From a virus (taxonomy: Duplodnaviria; Caudoviricetes), in IMG/VR virus record IMGVR_UViG_3300027612_000002, positions 1 through 38,921 of that record: DNA of 38,921 bases; one strand, written 5' to 3'. The notes under the pieces were generated by a model that made no database searches, had not been told where the DNA came from, and saw nothing but the letters and a program-made list of their open reading frames with translations. Of this stretch, positions 1-8,579 are shown piece by piece. The position numbers and the translations under genes were made by a program. Every line of letters starts with the position of its first letter. Within the stretch, counting starts at the first letter, position 1.

Positions 1-127
1 AATGCACGTTGAGGGTTGTTCTCCCACCACGCACCTGACTTAGCATGGCGCATACGGTCATCACTCAGGTTAGACAAAGAGATCATAGCTGAGCGTCTCA
101 CGCCGCCTACGATAACCACTTCACCGA
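1..127. repeat. Assembly overlap, identical to 38795-38921 (circular contig)
   Basis: Exact 127 bp identity of the first and last bases; lies inside nrdJ, which reads in frame across the junction. Confidence 0.95.
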
Positions 128-791
128 TCTTACACATGATGTCGTGACATTCGATAGACGATAGCTTACGCCCCTGTGCTTCCTTAAAGGTACGAATGGT
201 GAAGTTGAACAGATCAATCAAAGGTGCTGGGCCAGAGGCACGACCACCGAATGTCTTCAAACGAGCACCAGCTGGACGAACCTTAGACACATCCCACTTA
301 GGGATTTCACCACTGTAGAGGAGTGCAATAACTTGACGGAAAGCTTTAGCCCAACCTTCCTTACTGTCCTTAACGACAATGATCGTGTCACTCTCGAACA
401 ACTCAGGGACTTCTGGCAGATTACTGATGAACTGTCGCTCGACACTGAACCCGACACCAGTACCGCAGAGAAGAATGAACATAGCCTCGTCGAAGGCCTT
501 AAGGTCATCTACGGGTAGGTAAGAGCAGTTGTACCCCGCTGTATTGTCACGTGCTAATGCAGGGCCAGCTGTCATCATTGCCCTCATAGATGGCATGACA
601 TCCAGAGACAAGATGGCCTGTTCAATATCTTTAGTGTAGCTGTCTTTACCGATCTTAGGGTAGACTAAGTTCTCCATGTAACGAGACACTGTCTCACCCC
701 ATGTCTCCCGGCGTCCCTCTTCATCTAGCCACCGTGCATATCGTGACTTGTGAATAAAGGATTGGTAGTCTGTTGGTAATAGGTTGCTCAT
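1..791 (-). CDS. nrdJ: Class II (adenosylcobalamin-dependent) ribonucleotide reductase, N-terminal part; continues across the junction to 37642 (647 aa total)
   Basis: ATG at 791 overlaps the upstream stop (TAATG); reads MSNLLPTDYQSFIHKSRYARW..RRETW; same frame as ORF 37642..38913. Confidence 0.92.
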   Translation of the reverse strand, partial: MSNLLPTDYQSFIHKSRYARWLDEEGRRETWGETVSRYMENLVYPKIGKDSYTKDIEQAILSLDVMPSMRAMMTAGPALARDNTAGYNCSYLPVDDLKAFDEAMFILLCGTGVGFSVERQFISNLPEVPELFESDTIIVVKDSKEGWAKAFRQVIALLYSGEIPKWDVSKVRPAGARLKTFGGRASGPAPLIDLFNFTIRTFKEAQGRKLSSIECHDIMCKIGEVVIVGGVRRSAMISLSNLSDDRMRHAKSGAWWENNPQRA

Positions 792-985
792 TAGCCTCGC
801 CCTCGCATAGTTTTATCTTCTTCTAACCAGACCATCCGGTCAATGTCTTCTCGGCTAATGCCAATGTCCTTCAGTTCCCGGTCGGACAATCTGTTAAGTA
901 TCTTGACTGCCTCCCTATGCTCTGACCACATAATGCAGTATCGCATGAACCTGACAAAGATATTGTTTACCCACTTCTGTTTCAT
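791..985 (-). CDS. DUF1127 (YjiS-like) small protein
   Basis: Motif L-x-x-LSDRELKDIGISREDI. Confidence 0.8.
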   Translation of the reverse strand: MKQKWVNNIFVRFMRYCIMWSEHREAVKILNRLSDRELKDIGISREDIDRMVWLEEDKTMRGRG

Positions 986-1347
986 CTGTTATCCCCTGAC
1001 CCTTTAATCACACCACGTTTAGCCCGACTGTTTAGTTTATCCATATTGCTTTCTAGTACCTCAGGTAAATTACTATAGAAGTAATTAGCTAAGGCTGTCG
1101 TGTAAAACAAAACGTCACCTAACTCTTTGATAATTTCTTTCTGGCTAACCTTGGTGTCATCACGAAGATACTTTTTAATCTTCTCAGCTACCTCGCCAGC
1201 CTCACCGACTAGGCCTAGTGTATTCTCCACCAATCGTTTCTCACCTCGCGTAACAACCTTACCCTCTACCCAGTATGAGTATTCCATAGGTGTTACATTG
1301 ACTATGTTGAAAGCGTCTATGTCTTCTTGTGTAATCATTCTTCCCAT
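982..1347 (-). CDS. mazG: MazG-like nucleotide pyrophosphohydrolase
   Basis: LGLVGEAGEVAEKIKK and KELGDVLFY motifs; C-terminal GSGDNR typical of phage MazG. Confidence 0.88.
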   Translation of the reverse strand: MGRMITQEDIDAFNIVNVTPMEYSYWVEGKVVTRGEKRLVENTLGLVGEAGEVAEKIKKYLRDDTKVSQKEIIKELGDVLFYTTALANYFYSNLPEVLESNMDKLNSRAKRGVIKGSGDNR

Positions 1348-1526
1348 CCTTGTATTTCTTCTTCTTCGTTATCCGTGTTAATGAAGTCGTCTATATCTAA
1401 GAGACCTTCTTCGTATAGCATCATAAACACTTTGAACTTAGTTATCTCTGCATTATCTAAGACGTATTCTATCTCAAAGTCTTCGGCCAGAACTGCTATC
1501 TTATCCTCTACTGTTAACATTGTCAA
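1335..1526 (-). CDS. Acidic hypothetical protein
   Basis: 63 aa ORF overlapping both neighbours, with an AGGAG upstream. Confidence 0.65.
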   Translation of the reverse strand: MTMLTVEDKIAVLAEDFEIEYVLDNAEITKFKVFMMLYEEGLLDIDDFINTDNEEEEIQGWEE

Positions 1527-1891
1527 GACCTTTTCTCCTTAATCCATGATAAAGGAATTGTTTCCTTGGCGTACTGAAACCCATGCTTGTCACACCAATC
1601 CCCATAGGTACTCTTAGAGAGTTTACTCAAACGAGCCTTAGGATTAGTGAAGACAAACCTGATGTCTAGTTCTGGGTTTTGTTCCTTTACCATCAATTGT
1701 TTGACCCTGTCTGACGGAATGAACCGTCCTTTCGTTTCAATTATAATACCATTAGGTAGTACAAAGTCCGGTGTGTAAGTTCTAATTCGTAAGTCTTGCC
1801 ACTTAACTTTAAGTGTTTCGTACTCGAACTTTACTTTGTGTTTCCTTAGGTACTGCGCTGTTCTCTTTTCTAAGCCTGATCTGTATCGCAT
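1523..1891 (-). CDS. T7 gp3-like endonuclease I (Holliday junction resolvase)
   Basis: YRSGLE, YTPDFVL, IIIETKGRF, DIRFVF and YGDWCDKHGF motifs. Confidence 0.92.
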   Translation of the reverse strand: MRYRSGLEKRTAQYLRKHKVKFEYETLKVKWQDLRIRTYTPDFVLPNGIIIETKGRFIPSDRVKQLMVKEQNPELDIRFVFTNPKARLSKLSKSTYGDWCDKHGFQYAKETIPLSWIKEKRS

Positions 1892-2583
1892 TTGGGCGGC
1901 TCCCATAGTTGTTCGGGGTAACGTCGTAACCAGAGTAGTCTAGCGTTCTCCACCACCCGATCTTCTTCACCACCGTATTGGTGCAGACACTCAAGGTAGA
2001 AGTCTTGTTCAGTTTTACAATCAGCTAAAATCTTCTCAGCTTTTTTAGGGCCAATCCCATACAAACCTACGATGTTATCTGCCCGATCACCCGTAAGGAT
2101 TTGCTTGTAGAAGAACTTCATTGCTTCAAATACTGTGACCACTGTGTGTACATCCTTAGTGGGGTTGTAGTGGCGACAGGGAATCTGTAGCATGTCTTTG
2201 TCTACTGACACAACGATAGCCTCAGGTCCGACGTTAGTAGCAGAGATAGCTATAAGGTCATCAGCCTCTTCGTTCTTAGAAACAATTGCACTCCAAGCTT
2301 TTATCATGTGTTTGCGAATAGCCTCTAGGTGTTGGGGCTTCTCGACATTCTTACGGTTACCTTTGTACTCATGTGTCTTAGCTATGTTAAAACGAAAGTT
2401 ACCCTTACCTGTCAGGAAAACCTTATTCTTCTTCTCGTTGTACTCAGAGGTACAGGCATAGATTGACCACTGCAATAGGTCGTCTACCTTGTCGAGTGCA
2501 TCTTCAACTTCCTGATCCTCACAGGAAAATGCAGCACGGTAGGCAAAGATGTCACCATCAATTAAAATCTTAGGCTTCCCCAT
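1870..2583 (-). CDS. T7 gp6-like 5'-3' exonuclease
   Basis: LIDGD, YKGNRK, EADD, DKDMLQIP and GDRADNIVGLYGIGPKKA motifs. Confidence 0.92.
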   Translation of the reverse strand: MGKPKILIDGDIFAYRAAFSCEDQEVEDALDKVDDLLQWSIYACTSEYNEKKNKVFLTGKGNFRFNIAKTHEYKGNRKNVEKPQHLEAIRKHMIKAWSAIVSKNEEADDLIAISATNVGPEAIVVSVDKDMLQIPCRHYNPTKDVHTVVTVFEAMKFFYKQILTGDRADNIVGLYGIGPKKAEKILADCKTEQDFYLECLHQYGGEEDRVVENARLLWLRRYPEQLWEPPKCDTDQA

Positions 2584-2827
2584 TGTCCGGCTCCTGTTCT
2601 AGGTACGTCTGTCGTTCTTTGATTAGGTGTACCACATCTTCAACACTAACGTCGGGGCAATCCTTTAGAGCAACGACGATACTATTTAAGTCACTCGCTG
2701 TGTACGGCGTGTGTTCAGCTAGAACTGAGTTATCAAAAGCATGGTCTCTCATAGGTTTCTTCCCATCATTAACAGCACTACGGTAAATTGCTCGTAGTCT
2801 TTCCTCTTCGCTAAACCGTCTTATCAT
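2570..2827 (-). CDS. Hypothetical protein (85 aa, MIRRFSEEE...)
   Basis: ATG at 2827 with GGGAG upstream; fills the operon gap. Confidence 0.6.
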   Translation of the reverse strand: MIRRFSEEERLRAIYRSAVNDGKKPMRDHAFDNSVLAEHTPYTASDLNSIVVALKDCPDVSVEDVVHLIKERQTYLEQEPDNGEA

Positions 2828-2975
2828 TGTCTGTCTCCCAGTACAACCCCGTCTTAACGAGTGACACAAAGCCCACGTTAAAGATAGCAGCGAATGTCTC
2901 AGGGTCACACTCTACCTGCAACGTAGCACTACCATCCTCATGCTCAGTTATTTCAGTTATCTTGACTTCACTCAT
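2811..2975 (-). CDS. Hypothetical protein (54 aa, MSEVKITEITEHEDGSATLQVEC...)
   Basis: Translated by hand; ATGA overlap with the thyX stop; GGAGG upstream. Confidence 0.7.
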   Translation of the reverse strand: MSEVKITEITEHEDGSATLQVECDPETFAAIFNVGFVSLVKTGLYWETDNDKTV

Positions 2976-3631
2976 TCATCATCCTCCGTCAGTGCATCCC
3001 ATGACACAGGGAATAGTTCAATCATCTTGCGGTCAATCTGTTGTGCTACTACCCGTGTCTCTGCCTGTGTGTCAGGCTTGCAACGTAGGTTACACATATC
3101 AGCAAAAGCATCAAGGCTACCCGACCAGTACCACTCTGTCATGTGGTTCAGAGGAAGAATACCCCTTGCTTGCTCTTCACAAACACCTGTCTGAAGTAGG
3201 TATCTGTACTGTTTAACTGCTTCGATGTGAGCATGACGGATAACTTCGTCCTGTTGTATACTGAGTATCAAAGCTTCACCACTACCCTGTTTCTTATCTT
3301 TGGTAGCGGCACGTAACTTAGGTTGGTAGAACTCTGGTTCATCCTTGACATACCTGCGGCTGATCTCGTTCCAACGTAGGAACTTATGCTTGACCAACTG
3401 ACGCGCTACAAACACTGGTGCCTTGATGTGGAAGCTGGCAAAGCAATGGCCGAATGGGCTGATGTGCTTGTGCTTGGCAAGGTAACGGATCAGCTTATCA
3501 TCTTTAGCCTTCAGCTTGGGTGGCCCCCAAGGATCGTCTTCCATCTCGCTTGTCTTACCAAACGATACCCTTGCTGCGTTGGCTACGGTCAAGTCGCTGC
3601 CCATGTGGTCAATGTATGTTGTCTTAATCAT
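2972..3631 (-). CDS. thyX: Flavin-dependent thymidylate synthase
   Basis: NAARVSF, HISPFGH, ARQLVKH, NEISRRY, EQARGILP and TQAETR motifs. Confidence 0.93.
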   Translation of the reverse strand: MIKTTYIDHMGSDLTVANAARVSFGKTSEMEDDPWGPPKLKAKDDKLIRYLAKHKHISPFGHCFASFHIKAPVFVARQLVKHKFLRWNEISRRYVKDEPEFYQPKLRAATKDKKQGSGEALILSIQQDEVIRHAHIEAVKQYRYLLQTGVCEEQARGILPLNHMTEWYWSGSLDAFADMCNLRCKPDTQAETRVVAQQIDRKMIELFPVSWDALTEDDE

Positions 3632-3803
3632 CCACACGCACCCCTATGCAAGATATAGTTTCAGTAGGATTGTTAACTAAGACCGATGCAATTCTTAACT
3701 CAGCCTCACAAATAGTTTCATTAGCGAAGGTACCTAAGTGGTGGAACCTGATACCTTGGTCTGGTGTTGTATTAAACCAGATTAGTAAGTAGATTATTTT
3801 CAT
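3624..3803 (-). CDS. Small hypothetical protein (59 aa) with a hydrophobic N-terminus and two Cys
   Basis: Translated by hand: MKIIYLLIWFNTT...GTFANETICEAEL...ISCIGV; GAAGG upstream. Confidence 0.6.
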   Translation of the reverse strand: MKIIYLLIWFNTTPDQGIRFHHLGTFANETICEAELRIASVLVNNPTETISCIGVRVDD

Positions 3804-3827
3804 TTAAACAACACCTTCTAAGGTAAG

Positions 3828-3853
3828 AAAAAGGACAGGGCCGAAGCCCTGCC
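3828..3853 (-). terminator. Intrinsic terminator downstream of the SSB-like gene
   Basis: Minus strand GGCAGGGC-TTCG-GCCCTGTCC followed by TTTTT. Confidence 0.85.
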
Positions 3854-3868
3854 AGTTGAGGGAAACTT

Positions 3869-4363
3869 TTAGGCAGCTTCGATCTCGTCTTCGCGTTCAG
3901 GGATAGGAACGAACTCTAAGATTTTGATTGAGACAAGACTTGTACGTGAGTAAGTCTTACCGTCACTTCCTTGGAAGGTAGTGATTAGGTTAGTCACAGC
4001 AGCCATAGAACCATTGCCGATGTTACCGTTGATGTCTGCGTCCCAAGGCTGACCATCTGCGTCAGTTACTTTAGGTGCGCCACCTGCCTGTGAAATCTCA
4101 CGCCCATCCTTGGTGACAACAAGGTGCTTACGCTCAAACTTAAGCATCAGTTCACCTTCCATCAGACGTTTCTGATTGGGCTTCTTCTGTGTACCAGCAG
4201 CCTTAAGCTTCTCGAACTCAGACTTATCAAGGATTTGATTAACGGTATAGGCACCGTTGCAATCCTCATAAGAACCTTCGTAACCAACCATGTCACGGGT
4301 GGACTCAAAGATTTTAGCCCATTCGATTGGACCCGTTGTAGTTACTTCTTTGTATTTAGCCAA
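3869..4363 (-). CDS. Putative single-stranded DNA-binding protein (T7 gp2.5-like)
   Basis: TTG start after AGAAGGAG; NIGNGS motif; acidic C-terminal tail; own promoter and terminator; adjacent to polA. Confidence 0.65.
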   Translation of the reverse strand: MAKYKEVTTTGPIEWAKIFESTRDMVGYEGSYEDCNGAYTVNQILDKSEFEKLKAAGTQKKPNQKRLMEGELMLKFERKHLVVTKDGREISQAGGAPKVTDADGQPWDADINGNIGNGSMAAVTNLITTFQGSDGKTYSRTSLVSIKILEFVPIPEREDEIEAA

Positions 4364-4395
4364 TGTTACTCTCCTTCTTGGCAGCTTCTGCGTTC

Positions 4396-4424
4396 CATAT
4401 ACCAACTATTAACCTAATTGTCAA
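4396..4424 (-). promoter_or_regulatory. Sigma70-type promoter for the SSB-like gene
   Basis: TTGACA-17 nt-TATATG with extended -10 TG. Confidence 0.65.
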
Positions 4425-4459
4425 GACAAAAATGACAGGTAGTAAAGAAATAATCCATA

Positions 4460-5488
4460 TCAATGGGTGTCTCTCCAGTTCCTACCGATGTCAGTCGATC
4501 CCGCTAGTGGGCATATCATGTTAAACTCTTCGCCTACATCTTCGATAGACTGTCTCTGTATCTTACCCAGCAACTCAGCGTCTGGGTAATCTCCGCAAAC
4601 TTCTGTTTGCCATTCATCGTGGGGCCATGTAACAAGACGGAAGTTAATCCACTGTCTCTCAGCACGACGTACCCACTTGAGTGCAGCGTGTTTCATAATG
4701 ACGGACTCACCGTTCTGTAACATACCAGCTAAGGTCTTGTGTTCGTTAGGAACTTTTACCTTACGTCCGTCAAGACCTTTGAACCAACCACGACTTGCAA
4801 TCTCAGGCACACGTTTCTTCTTTAGTTTAGACAAGCCTTGGATAGATTCCATAAAGTTATCTACTGCATCCGCTGCTTCCCTAGGTTTTACCTTGAGTAT
4901 CTGTGCGATCTTAGCGTTACCTGCACCCAGCAAAAATGCGTAGATGAATGTCTTAGCCATGTCCCGTGTGATGTGAGACATACCCAAAGCCTTGCGGTTT
5001 AGGTTGTGAATATCTGTTTCGTCCTCCTTCTTACCTGACACAATAGCGTGTACATATTCTTCTGACTTCATAAGGTGCGCAAGTACTCGCAACTGTATGC
5101 CTTCTGCGTCAGTACCTACCAACCATGAACCCTCAGGTACAGACCACAGCCCACGAAACTGACCGTCGTACTTTGCCTTAACCTTCTCCACTTCTGTCTT
5201 AGGTTCACCATGAAACTCAGACGGGATGTTAGCTTGGTTAGGGTCACGGTGAGACATACGACCTGTCCATGCACCAATGTGCTGGAACTGTCCGTGTATC
5301 CGTGAGTCCTCTTTGACATGACCCAACCACTCCACCAGAGATGAACGCCTACCCTCAAGGGTAAGCCACTCAGCTAGACGTTTACCTCCGGCAGGTGCAG
5401 TGTTAGGTAGTGTGCTTAAGTTACCTTCGGACAGTGTCCATCCGTACTTGGCAAACTTAGCGCCACGCTCTTGGTTGTTCGCGTTCAT
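4460..5488 (-). CDS. polA: Family A DNA polymerase, polymerase domain (C-terminal part of a split gene, 342 aa)
   Basis: TGRMSH, motif A DAEGIQLR, motif B RDMAKTFIYAFLLG, motif C HDE; ATG at 5488 with GAAAGGA 10 nt upstream. Confidence 0.9.
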   Translation of the reverse strand: MNANNQERGAKFAKYGWTLSEGNLSTLPNTAPAGGKRLAEWLTLEGRRSSLVEWLGHVKEDSRIHGQFQHIGAWTGRMSHRDPNQANIPSEFHGEPKTEVEKVKAKYDGQFRGLWSVPEGSWLVGTDAEGIQLRVLAHLMKSEEYVHAIVSGKKEDETDIHNLNRKALGMSHITRDMAKTFIYAFLLGAGNAKIAQILKVKPREAADAVDNFMESIQGLSKLKKKRVPEIASRGWFKGLDGRKVKVPNEHKTLAGMLQNGESVIMKHAALKWVRRAERQWINFRLVTWPHDEWQTEVCGDYPDAELLGKIQRQSIEDVGEEFNMICPLAGSTDIGRNWRDTH

Positions 5489-6434
5489 ACTCAATGTGTC
5501 CTTTCGTTTTCTCAAATGGTTCCCAACCTGCTTCCCATAGTCTTTCGATCCGTTGCTTAGGTGACGCTGGGTTGAAGTTGATGTACTCATAGCACACTAA
5601 TTCATTGGGGTCAACCGATTTATCTAGCGCCGTAGCAAAGTATTTGTCTTGTGCTTTGCTGACACTAGAGAATAAAGTACCATCTGCTTTCCTTCGGTAC
5701 TTGATACGATTGACTTCCGTAAGTTTAGGGGGGAAGTCTTCTTGAAAACTGCGTTCAAGGTCTTCCATTCTTGAATGGATTTCACCTAACAACTCCTCTG
5801 CTTTATCCTCTTCAAAGAAGAAACCATTGTAAGACATCTGTTCACACAGTACTTGTATGTCATGCTCACACCGAATAGCATCATGCCATTCAGGGTCTTC
5901 GATGATCTTCCTAAAGTGATTGTATAATTTGACAGTCACAATAACGTCTTGCTCACAGTACTCAATCATCTCGTCAGATAGTTTGTCGAAATCCTTGAAG
6001 CCTGTCTTGTACTCGCCAAGACGACAACCCCATGATGCTAGACTGTGACGGTTAATCATGCGCCTCGGAAATTCCTTTTCGACTAGGGATTCTTTCTTGT
6101 ACTTAGCGAGAAGTTTCTTACGCATCTTTTCGTCTTGGTCTTTCATGTCGTACTGTACTAGGCGTGACACAATCAGTGTGTCGATCACCTTGCCAGTAGG
6201 CATGATGTTACCTAGTAGCTTGTTGATTACCTTGACATCAAAGCCTATGCCATTGTGGAACACAAAGTATTCACAGCCCTTGAGGTAGTCTACAAACCGA
6301 TCTCTTTCTTCGGGTATTGATGTGACGTTAAGGAATCTTTCACGATCCCCTGTGTCCACATCTTCGGCACAGATAACCCAGATATGTTCAGGGTCTAGGC
6401 TCTCTGTTTCGATGTCCATTGCTACAGTTTTCAT
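5457..6434 (-). CDS. polA: Family A DNA polymerase, 3'-5' exonuclease and thumb part (N-terminal part of a split gene)
   Basis: ExoI DIET, ExoII HNGIGFD, ExoIII YCEQD, HSL and FNPAS motifs, all T7 gp5-like. Confidence 0.9.
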   Translation of the reverse strand: MKTVAMDIETESLDPEHIWVICAEDVDTGDRERFLNVTSIPEERDRFVDYLKGCEYFVFHNGIGFDVKVINKLLGNIMPTGKVIDTLIVSRLVQYDMKDQDEKMRKKLLAKYKKESLVEKEFPRRMINRHSLASWGCRLGEYKTGFKDFDKLSDEMIEYCEQDVIVTVKLYNHFRKIIEDPEWHDAIRCEHDIQVLCEQMSYNGFFFEEDKAEELLGEIHSRMEDLERSFQEDFPPKLTEVNRIKYRRKADGTLFSSVSKAQDKYFATALDKSVDPNELVCYEYINFNPASPKQRIERLWEAGWEPFEKTKGHIEYEREQPRAWR

Positions 6435-6643
6435 TCTTCATCCTCGTCATTTCCAAATAGATCGTACCACAAGATACAAACTACTGTCCAAGGCCAAAAC
6501 AAACTTCTTAGTTTAGCCCTGCCTTTGTCTAAGTCTTCGGGTCTATCAAGTAGATCGAAGATAGTTTGAAGGTGTACATAGTGAAAGTATACACCCAGAA
6601 AGTATAGTGTTGCAGCTACTGAATCCATGTGGCTAAAAGTCAT
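6431..6643 (-). CDS. Small membrane protein
   Basis: Two hydrophobic segments, SLFWPW motif; start uncertain (6643 or 6628). Confidence 0.55.
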   Translation of the reverse strand: MTFSHMDSVAATLYFLGVYFHYVHLQTIFDLLDRPEDLDKGRAKLRSLFWPWTVVCILWYDLFGNDEDEE

Positions 6644-8210
6644 ATGGTTTCTCACTAAGAGTGAAGGTAGCAGGTTCGAATTGTAACTGACCAGCATAAC
6701 CTGTCGGCCCTACTGGACGGTTCTTTGTTACGAGTAACTTGGTTGTGTTACGTTCTTCTGTATCCTCTGATAGTTTATCTCGCTTCAAGTCAACCACAAC
6801 TGAAGCCCGTTGCTCAATCATACGACAATACTTTACTGCACCGTCGTCGTTAGTGTGTCCAATCGTCACAATACCTACTCCTAATTCAGCTGCCAGCTTG
6901 GATAGTCTGACAGAAAGGTCTGCAAGGAATTGCTCTTTGCTTTCTTCCGATGCAACACCTGCGCTGATGTCCTGTATAGGTTCGAAGAAGATGTACTGAA
7001 CACCACACGCCTGAGATAGATACCTTATATGAGACAATAAGTCAAGGGGGTCATCCTCGTCATTCAAATAAAATTGATAGAGCCTCTCGTCTTTAGTCAA
7101 TTCCTCAATGGCTTTCTTGACAGCACCGTCCATGTTCTTCTCTTCGATCAGGTCTTTGCGAGTCAGGTTGTCCTGTATGTGGTATGACACAAGGCCTAAG
7201 AGTGAGCGAAGTTTTGTTTCTTCCATGTGCCAGATGGCAATCTTTATCTCAGGGTACTGGCTCAAGATACGGTACTCAAGGTACCGCATAAACTCTGTCT
7301 TGCCTATACCTGTCGCCGCCTTGAACAGGGTGAAGTGTCCTTGCATAAGGCCAAGGCACATCTCGTCAAACTCTTGCAGCCCTGTCTCTACATAGACATG
7401 GTCATCCGCCTTGTTATACATCCCAAGGAATTGCTCTGTCGTGTTGATGACATTCTCTGGCGTGTACTTCTTAGCGTTGAACCACGCAGCCTTGAACGCC
7501 TGTTCTGCGCCAGCCTGTAGGAACTCATTGGCGTCCTTGTACTTGTCGTGTGGTACACGGTACACCTTGTTTGGGTACATCTTAGCGATACGCTGGGCAA
7601 CAGCGTTCCCTGCCTCGTCATTGTCCACAGACAGGATGATCTTGTCGAAGGATGACAGCCAGTCGTGTACGTTTTCCCACAGCTTGCGTGATGGTTTAGC
7701 TGATGGCAATGACACAACAGGGTTAGGATACTTCGGGTTGTGCATCATCTGATAGACAGACATGGCATCTAACTCACCCTCTGTGATGGTCACAGTCTTG
7801 GATGTTCCAGCGTTCCATAGGTTCATGCCAAACAATTCATCTGACTTGAAGCCATCCTTGGCACGAAAATCTTTTGGGAAGATGCGGGACTTGATGCCGC
7901 CAGAGGGGTATACATAGTCCTGGTATTCCTCCTCGCCCTTAGAGTTGAGGTATGTTTCACAGCCAAAGAACTTCATGGTGTCCGACGATATGCCACGCAT
8001 ACCCCGATAGATAGCTGTCATCTTCTCCAAAGGTACAACCTCAAGTTTCTTGAATGATCTTTCCACCTCGTCACCTTCCCCTGCTTCCCAATACTCACAC
8101 CCGAAACAGTAGCCATGACCGTCATCGTATCGTGCAAGGTTATTACTTGACCCACATTCTGGGCAAGGTTCGTGGCTGACAAACTTACTGTCACTCTGTT
8201 GGGTTATCAT
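6633..8210 (-). CDS. T7 gp4-like primase-helicase
   Basis: Zn ribbon CPEC...CFGC, TOPRIM ITEGELD and DND, Walker A ATGIGKT, KNRPVG. Confidence 0.93.
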   Translation of the reverse strand: MITQQSDSKFVSHEPCPECGSSNNLARYDDGHGYCFGCEYWEAGEGDEVERSFKKLEVVPLEKMTAIYRGMRGISSDTMKFFGCETYLNSKGEEEYQDYVYPSGGIKSRIFPKDFRAKDGFKSDELFGMNLWNAGTSKTVTITEGELDAMSVYQMMHNPKYPNPVVSLPSAKPSRKLWENVHDWLSSFDKIILSVDNDEAGNAVAQRIAKMYPNKVYRVPHDKYKDANEFLQAGAEQAFKAAWFNAKKYTPENVINTTEQFLGMYNKADDHVYVETGLQEFDEMCLGLMQGHFTLFKAATGIGKTEFMRYLEYRILSQYPEIKIAIWHMEETKLRSLLGLVSYHIQDNLTRKDLIEEKNMDGAVKKAIEELTKDERLYQFYLNDEDDPLDLLSHIRYLSQACGVQYIFFEPIQDISAGVASEESKEQFLADLSVRLSKLAAELGVGIVTIGHTNDDGAVKYCRMIEQRASVVVDLKRDKLSEDTEERNTTKLLVTKNRPVGPTGYAGQLQFEPATFTLSEKPYDF

Positions 8211-8400
8211 CTCCGTAATCCTTCTGTCCGTATGGTTCGGCGTAGTAGCCTTTACTGTACTCCGCAATCTCTAGCTTTGTCATGTCTTCGATCTCTAGCA
8301 CAGAAGTACCCTCGTCGTCAAGGGGTAATTTTGGATTCCAACTACGCCCATAGTAAGCATCCTTTGCCCCCTTCTTATATGCTAATTTCTCACGGTTCAT
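8191..8400 (-). CDS. Hypothetical protein (MNREKLAY...)
   Basis: Coupled to the upstream stop (TGATG); GAGG upstream; KDYG near the C-terminus. Confidence 0.65.
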   Translation of the reverse strand: MNREKLAYKKGAKDAYYGRSWNPKLPLDDEGTSVLEIEDMTKLEIAEYSKGYYAEPYGQKDYGDDNPTE

Positions 8401-8579
8401 CACATTTCCTCTTGACAATTATTATTTTCTCTGTATAATAGGGTTGTACCCTCCAGCCCTCTAACTATACTATCCATGTCGTCATAGTACAGATCATCAG
8501 GGTCTTCCATTGTTTCTATAGTGAGCACCCTAGAGTATGCTGCTGACAATGAATATCTGCGTTTTTCTTTATCCTTCAT
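8400..8579 (-). CDS. Hypothetical protein (59 aa, MKDKEKRRYS...)
   Basis: Translated by hand; TAATG coupling with the upstream gene; GAGGAG upstream. Confidence 0.6.
   Translation of the reverse strand: MKDKEKRRYSLSAAYSRVLTIETMEDPDDLYYDDMDSIVRGLEGTTLLYRENNNCQEEM
8412..8439 (+). promoter_or_regulatory. Consensus sigma70 promoter oriented antisense to the early arm
   Basis: TTGACA (8412-8417), 16 nt spacer, TATAAT (8434-8439). Confidence 0.6.

Noticed and set aside
1-127. Terminal repeat as the phage's physical direct terminal repeat
   Set aside because: It is exactly 127 bp (a common assembler k-mer) and lies inside nrdJ, so it is an assembly overlap; the real ends more likely lie at ~10700-11100
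5489-5590. ORF-track start of the polymerase domain at 5590
   Set aside because: The extension overlaps conserved coding sequence in another frame; the ATG at 5488 has an SD
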